Origin: Bacteroidales bacterium
GTDB taxonomy: Bacteria; Bacteroidota; Bacteroidia; Bacteroidales; UBA932
Length of the DNA stretch: 64,000 nt
Direction of reading: 5' to 3'
Assembly (NCBI GenBank): GCA_017614715.1
Contig: JAGABI010000011.1
Span: 10,821 to 74,820 of the forward strand
Position 1 is the stretch's first letter; the number at the start of each line of letters is the position of its first letter. Positions 46,758 through 54,740 of this stretch are shown piece after piece. The notes under the pieces were generated by a model, which worked only from the letters and a program-made list of their open reading frames with translations, ran no database searches and was not told the origin of the DNA. The translations under genes and the position numbers were made by a program.

Positions 46758-47204
46758 ATGACAACCATAACTCTTTCCACCGCGTTGATAAGGCTTCTGG
46801 TGAGCGTTGCCCTGGGGGCGATGATTGGGGCGGAGCGCCAGTTGCACCATCATCCGGCAGGTTTCCGCACATTCACCCTTATTTGCACAGCATCCACGCT
46901 GGCAATGATAGTGTCCATTTATCTCTGCCAGTCCAATACCGACCTGCTGAACGGCGATCCCGGGCGAATTGCGGCATCGGTACTCACCGGCATAGGTTTC
47001 ATTGGTGCCGGATTGATCCTTAAGGGGAACGACGGTGTGTCGGGACTTACCACTGCCGCCTGCATATTCTCATGCGCGGTTATAGGGCTTGCTGTCGGGG
47101 CCGGAATGCTGCTGCTCTCTGCAATCAGCGCAGTGGCCGTTCTCATTATCCTCTGGTCGTCATTTTTCACCAAGCGTAAGGATAAAGAGAAAACGCAGTT
47201 ATAA
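46758..47204 (+). CDS. MgtC/SapB family membrane protein
   Basis: I chose the start at 46758 (MTTITLSTALIRLLVSVALGAMIGAERQ, the canonical MgtC N-terminus). The upstream part of ORF 46635 overlaps the promoter and palindrome. Confidence 0.8.
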   Translation: MTTITLSTALIRLLVSVALGAMIGAERQLHHHPAGFRTFTLICTASTLAMIVSIYLCQSNTDLLNGDPGRIAASVLTGIGFIGAGLILKGNDGVSGLTTAACIFSCAVIGLAVGAGMLLLSAISAVAVLIILWSSFFTKRKDKEKTQL

Positions 47205-47210
47205 GCGGGC

Positions 47211-48077
47211 TTAATTGGTTTCCGGGATTATTATCTGGTATGCCTTCCCGGACTGATTGGTGAGTTTGTCTGAGCGCAGCCACAGGTTTGCCCGTTTGAG
47301 GGCAGCGTAGCTCACACCGTTTTTCTTTGCAAAATCCACCAGGGAAGGGACCGGGCCGGTTACGGTAACGGTCTTTGCCGGACGGCGGTATGGATAGAGT
47401 TCAGAGGGGTCAATCACATACCCGAACCGCTCCGGATGCTCCATGAATAGTTTGGCGGTGAGTATGCGGAACATATACCGGGATGTCTCTTCAGAAAGGT
47501 AGAGATCCATGGCGCTCTTCTCTTTCTGCTCCTGAAGCCGTTTGGAGATACCACCCTGCCCTGCATTATAGCTGGCCGCTACGGTCATCCAATCCCCATA
47601 GCGCACGTATGCCTCTTTGAGATATTTGCAGGCAGCAATGGTCTCTTTCTCGATATTGTAGCGCTCGTCCACCTCGTCGTTTACCTCAAGCCCGTATTGC
47701 TTTGCGGTGGCCTTTGTAAACTGCCAGAGCCCCGCAGCGCCGGTCACGGAAACCGCCTTGGGGTCAAGGTTGCTCTCAATCACCATAAGGTATTTCAAAT
47801 CCTCTGGAATTCCCTTCTCCTTGAGTATCGGCACAATCTGCGAGAAGTAACGCAGGCTCCGCTTGAGCATCAGGCTGGATGTGGTGTGCATATAGGTGAA
47901 GGCCATAAGTTCACGGTCCATACGCTCATAGAGATCGTCACGTTCAAAAGTAATGCGCTCACCCGCAAAATCCACGTAATCGGGAACCGAAGGTGCTTTG
48001 GGGTGAAGAGGGATGTCCTGGGCCTTTACGGCTGTAGCGGCAATCGCGCAAATGAGAATCAGAATTAATTTTTTCAA
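47211..48077 (-). CDS. Lytic transglycosylase (SLT domain, MltD-like) with a C-terminal LysM-like region
   Basis: 288 aa with a signal peptide. LMVIESNLDPKAVSVTGAAGLWQFTKATAKQYGL carries the catalytic E-S motif. The C-terminus ...FAKKNGVSYAALKRANLW... is LysM-like. Confidence 0.75.
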   Translation of the reverse strand: MKKLILILICAIAATAVKAQDIPLHPKAPSVPDYVDFAGERITFERDDLYERMDRELMAFTYMHTTSSLMLKRSLRYFSQIVPILKEKGIPEDLKYLMVIESNLDPKAVSVTGAAGLWQFTKATAKQYGLEVNDEVDERYNIEKETIAACKYLKEAYVRYGDWMTVAASYNAGQGGISKRLQEQKEKSAMDLYLSEETSRYMFRILTAKLFMEHPERFGYVIDPSELYPYRRPAKTVTVTGPVPSLVDFAKKNGVSYAALKRANLWLRSDKLTNQSGKAYQIIIPETN

Positions 48078-48092
48078 AGCTGTCTGGAAAGT

Positions 48093-48662
48093 TTAATGCA
48101 TCTCTGCAAGGATGTTATATACTGTTCTGTTTTGAATCTTGGTGAGGGCGTCCTTGCCACCCTCTGCAATCATGGATGCGGGGATGGTGGAGTTGTCAAA
48201 AATCATCCACTTGTCCACTATAGGGATATACATGTGGATAAGGTTCACTATGCCCTGCACATAGCGGCGGCGGACGGTGGGTTCTGAGACGTTGTGACCG
48301 CCGGAAGCCACCCGCCGGGCCACGCGTTCCACGGCGAGGTCGGGAGAGTTGAGCCAGAAATAGATAAGTATCACTACATATCCCAGGTTTTTGGCATCCT
48401 CTATAACCCTCATCAGGCTCCTGGTGGCCAGGGTAGTTTCGACTCCGAAATCGGCACGCTTGTCCAGCAGTTCGTTCATGCGCTCCAGCATGATGCGGCT
48501 GGCGCGGATGGCGGCAGCCTCCGGTTTGTTGGGAGAGAGGCGCTCCGCAATCTCGTCGGAATTGACGCACTCCTTAAGGCCGAACATCTCGGGTAAAATG
48601 GTATACGACGCCGTGGTTTTGCCAGCGCCGTTACAACCCGATATGATGTACAACTTGGGCAT
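48093..48662 (-). CDS. Zeta-toxin-like P-loop kinase / COG4185-type ATPase; no adjacent antitoxin ORF
   Basis: 189 aa. Walker A LYIISGCNGAGKTT at the extreme N-terminus and ...FGVETTL...VVILIYFWL...RVASGGHNV, as in zeta/PezT-like and AAA_33-like small kinases. Confidence 0.65.
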   Translation of the reverse strand: MPKLYIISGCNGAGKTTASYTILPEMFGLKECVNSDEIAERLSPNKPEAAAIRASRIMLERMNELLDKRADFGVETTLATRSLMRVIEDAKNLGYVVILIYFWLNSPDLAVERVARRVASGGHNVSEPTVRRRYVQGIVNLIHMYIPIVDKWMIFDNSTIPASMIAEGGKDALTKIQNRTVYNILAEMH

Positions 48663-48708
48663 TCGGCCTCTTTATAAGGCCAAATATACTAAAAAAATGC
48701 CAGATGGG

Positions 48709-49407
48709 TCATTTGCGGGTCACGCCGTAGCCGAATAGGGCAAAATCGCCCAGACAGGGGTCTCCCGGGAAAACCTCAGACAGGGCGTCGGTTATCTCAA
48801 GGGCGGTCTTTATGTCTGCGCTGTTGCGGCTGGTAAGCTCCATTTCACGGGCGACGGTATGCACGTGAACATCAAGCGGAATGATAAGCTCTGCGGGAGA
48901 AGTGTTGCGCCACAGCCCCAGGTCTACCTTGCCGTCACGGCGCACCATCCATCGGCGGAGCATGTTGATCTTTTTGTTGGCCGCATGAGGGTCGCTCTTG
49001 CGGCAGTATATCCGGGTACGGAAATCATCTGCAGAGAGGCTCTCGAGGGTTTCATTAGCCTCGTAGTACCGTTTGAGTGCCGCACATATATCAGAAAATT
49101 CATTCCACATCACAGTACGATGGAGCGAGCAGGGTTCGCAGCGGTAATTACCACGCATCACATAATCGTATGGCTTCCAGCCCATCTCGTCAAGTGCCCG
49201 GCCGCAGTCGCGCACTATCATCACCCTCCTGCCCCACGCCAGATGGGCCGCGATTACCGCAGCTATCTCCACATCCTGCAACACACACTCGCCACGCCGG
49301 TACAACTCTGCGAACCGGGTCGGAAAGGCTATCGGGTCCTCCTTGAAATAGACGGGATTGTTATACTTCTGCGCATATTCCCGCAGTATCGCTGCATTTT
49401 TATTCAT
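48709..49407 (-). CDS. TIGR02757 / DUF2400 family protein
   Basis: I chose the start at 49407 (MNKNAAILREY...). The DPIAFPTRF, AAHLAWGRR and IPLDVHV pattern is recalled from the DUF2400 family. Confidence 0.7.
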   Translation of the reverse strand: MNKNAAILREYAQKYNNPVYFKEDPIAFPTRFAELYRRGECVLQDVEIAAVIAAHLAWGRRVMIVRDCGRALDEMGWKPYDYVMRGNYRCEPCSLHRTVMWNEFSDICAALKRYYEANETLESLSADDFRTRIYCRKSDPHAANKKINMLRRWMVRRDGKVDLGLWRNTSPAELIIPLDVHVHTVAREMELTSRNSADIKTALEITDALSEVFPGDPCLGDFALFGYGVTRK

Positions 49408-49446
49408 ATTTGCTAAGGTAACGATAATAATGCAACCCACAAAGTC

Positions 49447-49636
49447 GGCGTCGCTTTTGCTGCGGCGGCACTTACCTCCAGAAACTTCCGTTCGCTACGC
49501 TCTCTCCATCCCTCCCACAATCAGCTACGTCATCGCTGCGCGATAACTAGCATCTTGCGGGCCCCTCCCGTTTTACGAGGGCACGGGCGCCCACGGTTTC
49601 TTTAAGGTAAGTGCCGACCTCCGACAGCGCGATGCC
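49447..49636. other. About 190-nt rod-like structured non-coding element B (possible sRNA or 5' leader); strand unknown
   Basis: Stacked helices: 49447-54/49629-36 (8 bp, one G-T), 49459-65/49621-28 (7 bp, one bulge), 49466-76/49606-16 (11 bp perfect) and 49480-85/49596-601 (6 bp). Apical hairpin at 49524-49551 (12 bp with one bulge and one mismatch, tgc loop). No credible ORF. Confidence 0.4.
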
Positions 49637-49676
49637 TCTTTGCCGGTGTTATCGCAGACTTTGACCGACAGTGTCA

Positions 49677-49703
49677 ATAACGTCCCGGAAACTGGGACGT
49701 TAT
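49677..49703. repeat. Palindrome copy 1: ataacgtccc-N7-gggacgttat
   Basis: 10-bp perfect arms at 49677-49686 and 49694-49703. Preceded by gacagt. Confidence 0.5.
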
Positions 49704-49728
49704 GCGCATATAAGGCCATTTTTGACAG

Positions 49729-49753
49729 TAACGTCCGTGTTTATGGGACGTTA
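49729..49753. repeat. Palindrome copy 2: taacgtcc-N9-ggacgtta
   Basis: 8-bp arms with the same sequence as copy 1, also preceded by gacagt. Lies 26 nt after copy 1. Confidence 0.5.
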
Positions 49754-49781
49754 TCGACACTTCGCAGTAATTGCTTGAAGT

Positions 49782-49928
49782 TTATCCCTTATATAACGGA
49801 CAGCCTTCGCAGCCGGAGCCTGATTTGGAGCATGACGAGCACGTCGGTTTCTTTTTGAAAAAGATGCGATAAACTGCGAAACCGACTGCAGCGGCGATAA
49901 TGGCGTATGCTATGATATTGAGAATCAT
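49782..49928 (-). CDS. FeoB-associated Cys-rich small membrane protein (48 aa)
   Basis: My reverse-complement translation is MILNIIAYAIIAAAVGFAVYRIFFKKKPTCSSCSKSGSGCEGCPLYKG: one TM helix, a basic stretch and a Cys cluster. It starts 12 nt after the feoB stop. Missing from the ORF track because it is under 60 aa. Confidence 0.7.
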   Translation of the reverse strand: MILNIIAYAIIAAAVGFAVYRIFFKKKPTCSSCSKSGSGCEGCPLYKG

Positions 49929-49940
49929 TAACAGAATCAG

Positions 49941-52331
49941 TTAAAGTATAGCTGCAAGATGATACACCCCGAATGCCGCGAGCCATGCGACGGCAAGGGT
50001 GTAGAATATCACGAACCACGCCCATTTGCGACCCGCCTCTTTGGCTACGGCACTCACCGCCGCAACGCACGGGAAGTAGAGCAGCACGAAAATCAGGAAC
50101 GACCATACCACAGGCTGGGTGAAGACCTTGTTGCCCTGGGCATCCACCGCCTGTTGCAGCGCCCCACCAACCGATGCCTCTTCAAGTTCCGCACCATCAG
50201 CAGAATAAAGCACTCCCAGTGAAGAAACCACCACCTCCTTGGCCGCAAAACCCGTGAGCAGGCTTACGCTCATCTTCCAGTCAAAACCGAGTGGCGCAAA
50301 CGCAGGCTGGATGGCCTTGCCTATCTGGCCGATATAAGAACTTGCGGTGTGCTCAGCCTCGCTCTGTCCCTCCTTTGCGCGGGGGAAATAACCCAGCGCC
50401 CAGATAATCACGGAGGCGGCCAGGATCACCGTACCCATCTTCTTGAGGTACTGCGCACTCTTGTCCCACATGTGGCGCAGGGTGTTGCGTACGGTTGGGA
50501 AACGGTACGGCGGCAACTCCATCACAAACTGGTCGGAAACATTCCTGAACACCAGCTTATTCATAAGCAAAGATGTAAGTACCGCCACCAAAATACCTGC
50601 CAGATAAAGACTTATGAGCACAAGCGCCTGATTCTTCTTGAAGAATGCGGAGACGAACAGCAGGAAAACCGGCAGCCTCGCGGAGCAGGACATGAACGGG
50701 ATGGTAATGATTGTAAGTATCCGGTCTTTGCGGCTCTCCAGGGTTCTCGTCGCCATTATTGCGGGGACACTGCATCCAAAGCCGATTATATACGGGATGA
50801 ACGACTTCCCGTGCAGGCCAATCTTGTGCATGAGCTTGTCCACAATGAAAGCTACCCGGGCCATATAGCCGCTGTCTTCAAAGAACGATATAAACAGGAA
50901 CAGAATCAAGATATTGGGCAGGAACACCAGCACCCCGCCTACCCCGGCTATTATTCCGTCCACAACCAGGTCGCGCAGCATCCCTTCCGGCATTATGCTC
51001 CCCACCCAGCTGCCAAGCGCCGCAATGCCGGCCTCCAGCCATTGCTGCGGATATGCCCCGATGGAGAATGTAGCCTTGAACATCAACCACAGCAGCAATA
51101 TCAGTATCGGAATACCCAGCCATTGATGGGTAAGGATGGCGTCCAAAGAGTATTTGCGCTTCTTGTTGTCCTTCTCCGCAGGGGTGAGAGTTTCGCTGAG
51201 CGCACCCTTTATAAAGCCGTATTTAAGCCCGGAAATAATGCTTTTTATGTCGTCGCGATACTCTTTCTGAAGCTCGTCACGAACAGTATCACAGGTTTGT
51301 TTTATTGCCTTATAATTCGGGTATTTACCCACCATATTGTGAGTAACACTATCATTCTCTATCAACTTAATCGCCACATAGCGTCCGTGGTACTGGTCGC
51401 GTATCTGAACGTTCTCCTCCACCAGCTTTTTTACCTTGCGGATGGCACTCTCCACGTTGTCGCCATAGTTGATATGGATATGCTTGCTACCGGCGTTGTC
51501 ACAATAAACCTCAACGATTTTGGCCAGCACATCGTCTATACCCTGTCCCGTGCGGGCCACAACCGGCACTATGGGAAAGCCGAGCATGCGCGCCAGGCTG
51601 TTATAGTCCAGTTTGTCGCCGCTCGCCAGCAGCTCGTCGTACATGTTCAGCGCCATCACTATGCGCGGGTTCATGTCAATCAGCTGGGTGGTGAGGAACA
51701 TATTCCTCTCCAGGTTGCCGGCATCGACAATGTTGAGCACCACGTCGGGCTTCTGCTCTACGATGTAATTGCGCACGTATATCTCCTCCGGAGAGTACTC
51801 CGTGAGGGAATAAGTGCCCGGCAGGTCTACAAGGTCTATCGTATATCCGTCATGGAAAAAGGTGCCGACCTTGGATTCTACCGTAACGCCGCTGTAGTTG
51901 CCCACCTTCTCGTGCAATCCGGTGGCAAAATTGAAGAACGATGTCTTGCCGCAGTTGGGATTGCCGACCAGGGCCACCCTGATATGCCGGGTAATCTGCT
52001 CTACTTCAGAGGCGACATGCTCCTCTATGGTGCCGTTGAAATTGAAGTCGGGGTGGCTGTTCTCGTCAAGAGAGACAACCTCTATGTTCTCCGCCTCGCT
52101 GCGGCGCAGCGATATGTGGCTCCCCATTATCTCATACTCCACGGGGTCCTTCAGCGGAGCCTTCTTAAGGACTTTCACCGTCTGTCCCTTTACAAAGCCG
52201 AGCTCCATGATCCTGTTGCGGAATCCGCCGTGACCGTGAATCTTGGCTATCACACACATCCCCTTCTCAGGGATGTCGGCCAGTGTCAGGGATTTCTCTT
52301 CTTCCATATCTCTAGTGTAAAAGGTTTGCAA
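49941..52331 (-). CDS. feoB: Ferrous iron transporter FeoB with an N-terminal FeoA domain fusion
   Basis: 796 aa. FeoA-like segment (IAKIHGHGGFRNRIMELGFVKGQTVKVL...YEIMGSHISLRRSEAENIEV), G-domain VALVGNPNCGKTSFFN, and a polytopic C-terminal part. Confidence 0.95.
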   Translation of the reverse strand: MQTFYTRDMEEEKSLTLADIPEKGMCVIAKIHGHGGFRNRIMELGFVKGQTVKVLKKAPLKDPVEYEIMGSHISLRRSEAENIEVVSLDENSHPDFNFNGTIEEHVASEVEQITRHIRVALVGNPNCGKTSFFNFATGLHEKVGNYSGVTVESKVGTFFHDGYTIDLVDLPGTYSLTEYSPEEIYVRNYIVEQKPDVVLNIVDAGNLERNMFLTTQLIDMNPRIVMALNMYDELLASGDKLDYNSLARMLGFPIVPVVARTGQGIDDVLAKIVEVYCDNAGSKHIHINYGDNVESAIRKVKKLVEENVQIRDQYHGRYVAIKLIENDSVTHNMVGKYPNYKAIKQTCDTVRDELQKEYRDDIKSIISGLKYGFIKGALSETLTPAEKDNKKRKYSLDAILTHQWLGIPILILLLWLMFKATFSIGAYPQQWLEAGIAALGSWVGSIMPEGMLRDLVVDGIIAGVGGVLVFLPNILILFLFISFFEDSGYMARVAFIVDKLMHKIGLHGKSFIPYIIGFGCSVPAIMATRTLESRKDRILTIITIPFMSCSARLPVFLLFVSAFFKKNQALVLISLYLAGILVAVLTSLLMNKLVFRNVSDQFVMELPPYRFPTVRNTLRHMWDKSAQYLKKMGTVILAASVIIWALGYFPRAKEGQSEAEHTASSYIGQIGKAIQPAFAPLGFDWKMSVSLLTGFAAKEVVVSSLGVLYSADGAELEEASVGGALQQAVDAQGNKVFTQPVVWSFLIFVLLYFPCVAAVSAVAKEAGRKWAWFVIFYTLAVAWLAAFGVYHLAAIL

Positions 52332-52349
52332 AAATAGTCAAAATTACTC

Positions 52350-54257
52350 TTACCGCAGTGCCCTCATTGCATTGAGTACCGCCAGGACCGTAACTCCCAC
52401 ATCGGCAAATACCGCCATCCACATGGTTGCAATGCCTGCAGCGGCAAGGATAAGCACGAGAAGCTTTATGCCGATTGCGAACCAGGTATTCTCGCGGGCG
52501 ATGTGGATGGTACGGCGGGCGATCCTTACCGCCATCGCCACTTTTGACGGGTTGTCGTCCATCAGCACGACATCGGCAGCCTCAATAGCGGCGTCGCTGC
52601 CAAGCGCCCCCATGGCGATGCCTACATCGGCACGGGCCAGCACCGGGGCGTCGTTGATGCCGTCACCGACAAATGCGAGCTTGCGTCCGCGGGCCATGCC
52701 GCCCAGCAACATCTCAACCTTGCTGACCTTATCGGCAGGCATAAGCTCTGCATAGCACTCGTCCAGCCCCAGCTGCTTAGCCACCGCCTTGCCAACCGAC
52801 TCGCGGTCTCCTGTCAGCATCACCGTGCGGGATACCCCAGCCGCCTTGAGCGCTGTTATCGCCTCGGCAGAGTCTGCCTTCACGCGGTCAGAGATAACGA
52901 TGTGACCGACATATTCAGAGTTGATGCAGACATGAATGACCGTCCCCTCCTTGTGGCAGGCATGCCAGTTTGCACCGCAGGCCTCCATCATCGCCGAGTT
53001 GCCGACGCACACTGTTTTGCCGTTCACCAAGGCCCTGATGCCTTTGCCGGCCACCTCTTCTACATTCTCCACGCTGCAGTCATCATTCTCCTGCGGATAT
53101 GCCGCGCGCAAGGATGCCGCAATAGGATGGGTACTGAACCGCTCTACATGTGCCGCCAGATGCAGCAGCTCGCGCTCCTCAATAATCTCCGGATGCACTG
53201 CAGTCACCTCAAACACACCTTCTGTAAGGGTACCGGTCTTGTCAAACACCACTGTATCAAGCTTTGAAAGGGCCTCCAGATAGTTGGAACCTTTGATGAG
53301 GATACCTTTGCGGGAGGCGCCCCCGATGCCTCCGAAGAAACTGAGCGGGACGCTGAGCACCAGCGCGCACGGGCACGAAACCACCAGGAACATAAGCGCA
53401 CGGTAGAGCCAGGTGGCAAAGTTGCCGCCAAACAGGGGCGGGACAATTGCCAGCAACAAGGCAGCCACAACCACTATCGGAGTGTAAACCTTTGCAAAGC
53501 GGGCGATGAAGTTCTCGCTGCGCGACTTGTTATCGGCAGCATGCTCCACCAGTTCCAGAATCCTGGATGCGGTAGATTCTCCAAACGCCTTGGTTACGCG
53601 CACCCGCAACACTCCGCCCAGGTTGACGCAGCCGGAGAAGATATCGTCACCTTCTGCAATCTTGCGCGGCACGCTCTCTCCGGAAATGGCTACGGTATCG
53701 ACAGATGACGTTCCCTCAATTACAACGCCGTCCATAGGCACTTTTTCGCCAGGCTTTATCACTATAATATCACCAACCCGGACAGAATCGGGAGCTACGA
53801 CCTCTACGCTGCCATCCTTCTCCAGGTTTGCAGTATCGGGACGGATGTCCATCAGGTGGGCTATGCTGCGGCGGCTGCGGCCTTCGGCGACAGTTTCGAA
53901 CAGTTCACCGATTTGGAAAAACAGCATCACGAACACCGCTTCTGCAAACTGCGGCTCCGCCTCCGGCAGAAAGCCTATGCAGAGAGCCCCTATTGTGGCG
54001 ATGCTCATAAGGAAGTTCTCGTCCAGCGCCTCGCCGTGAGACAGCCCCTCCACCGCCTCTTTCAAAGTGTCGAAACCAGCGACCAGATAAGGTACCAGGA
54101 ATACCAGCAGAAGCTGCCAGGTAGCCAGATTGAAGCGCTTTTCAACGATGACTGCCGCAACCAGCAGCAATGCCGCAACAATAATCCTGACAACTATGGG
54201 CTTTATACCCTCTTCTTGATGATGTTCGTGATGATGTTCGTGTGCCATATCTTGCAT
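52350..54257 (-). CDS. Heavy-metal translocating P1B-type ATPase (CPC motif, His-rich N-terminus, no HMA domain)
   Basis: 635 aa. N-terminal HEHHHEHHQ, TM CPC in VVSCPCALVLS, DKTGTLT phosphorylation site, GDGINDAP hinge. Confidence 0.9.
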   Translation of the reverse strand: MQDMAHEHHHEHHQEEGIKPIVVRIIVAALLLVAAVIVEKRFNLATWQLLLVFLVPYLVAGFDTLKEAVEGLSHGEALDENFLMSIATIGALCIGFLPEAEPQFAEAVFVMLFFQIGELFETVAEGRSRRSIAHLMDIRPDTANLEKDGSVEVVAPDSVRVGDIIVIKPGEKVPMDGVVIEGTSSVDTVAISGESVPRKIAEGDDIFSGCVNLGGVLRVRVTKAFGESTASRILELVEHAADNKSRSENFIARFAKVYTPIVVVAALLLAIVPPLFGGNFATWLYRALMFLVVSCPCALVLSVPLSFFGGIGGASRKGILIKGSNYLEALSKLDTVVFDKTGTLTEGVFEVTAVHPEIIEERELLHLAAHVERFSTHPIAASLRAAYPQENDDCSVENVEEVAGKGIRALVNGKTVCVGNSAMMEACGANWHACHKEGTVIHVCINSEYVGHIVISDRVKADSAEAITALKAAGVSRTVMLTGDRESVGKAVAKQLGLDECYAELMPADKVSKVEMLLGGMARGRKLAFVGDGINDAPVLARADVGIAMGALGSDAAIEAADVVLMDDNPSKVAMAVRIARRTIHIARENTWFAIGIKLLVLILAAAGIATMWMAVFADVGVTVLAVLNAMRALR

Positions 54258-54274
54258 TCCTTTGATTTACGGTG

Positions 54275-54282
54275 CAAAGATA
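54275..54282 (-). promoter_or_regulatory. -7 promoter box (TATCTTTG, minus strand) upstream of the P1B ATPase gene
   Basis: TAnnTTTG match 17 nt upstream of the ATG at 54257. Confidence 0.4.
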
Positions 54283-54294
54283 TGGGGCCGGTTG

Positions 54295-54309
54295 TGCAAC
54301 TCAGTTGCA
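54295..54309. promoter_or_regulatory. Palindrome TGCAAC-TCA-GTTGCA; candidate metalloregulator operator
   Basis: 6-bp perfect arms 12 nt upstream (in the minus-strand sense) of the -7 box, in the 67-nt gap between the Fur-family gene and the ATPase gene. Confidence 0.35.
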
Positions 54310-54324
54310 AAAGAGTTTTGTTTA

Positions 54325-54738
54325 TCAGCGGCAGTCTGGACAGAGGCCGGTCACCATATAATTGACAGATTCCGCCTGATATCCCTCCGGGAGGGAAACC
54401 TCAGGTATAGGTATATCTTCCAGGCAGAATGTCTTCCCACAGCGGCCGCAATAGAAGTGGATGTGGGCGTCATCGTCATGATCGTCGGAACAACTGTGGC
54501 ACAATTCGTAGCGAATGCCATCACCGCCGTCGGGAAGGACATGTACCAGATGCCGCTCGCGAAAGAGGGCCAAGGTGCGCGATATCACGCTTTTATCCAC
54601 ACTCTCCAGTTGCGTCTCTATCTCGCTCATGGATAGCGGCCGGTGCTCTTTAACAAACGCATTGGCAATCATGATGCGGTTGGCCGTGGGTTTAACCCCA
54701 TGGTGCATCATCAAATCTATTATATCGGTCTCTTGCAT
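54325..54738 (-). CDS. Fur family transcriptional regulator (Fur/Zur-like)
   Basis: 137 aa. Winged-helix N-terminal part (KPTANRIMIANAFVKEHRPLSMSEI), two CxxC pairs (CGRCG, CPDC), and an acidic/His-rich insert HSCSDDHDDDAHIH. Confidence 0.85.
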   Translation of the reverse strand: MQETDIIDLMMHHGVKPTANRIMIANAFVKEHRPLSMSEIETQLESVDKSVISRTLALFRERHLVHVLPDGGDGIRYELCHSCSDDHDDDAHIHFYCGRCGKTFCLEDIPIPEVSLPEGYQAESVNYMVTGLCPDCR

Positions 54739-54740
54739 GA

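Noticed and set aside
49789-50106. Track ORF 49789-50106 (-, 105 aa)
   Set aside because: It overlaps the 3' end of feoB out of frame and has an Arg/Cys-rich translation. The real small gene here is the 48-aa FeoB-associated protein in another frame (49782-49928).
50349-52337. ORF 50349-52337 (+, 662 aa), antisense to feoB
   Set aside because: Shadow ORF. FeoA/G-domain/permease motifs are on the minus strand.
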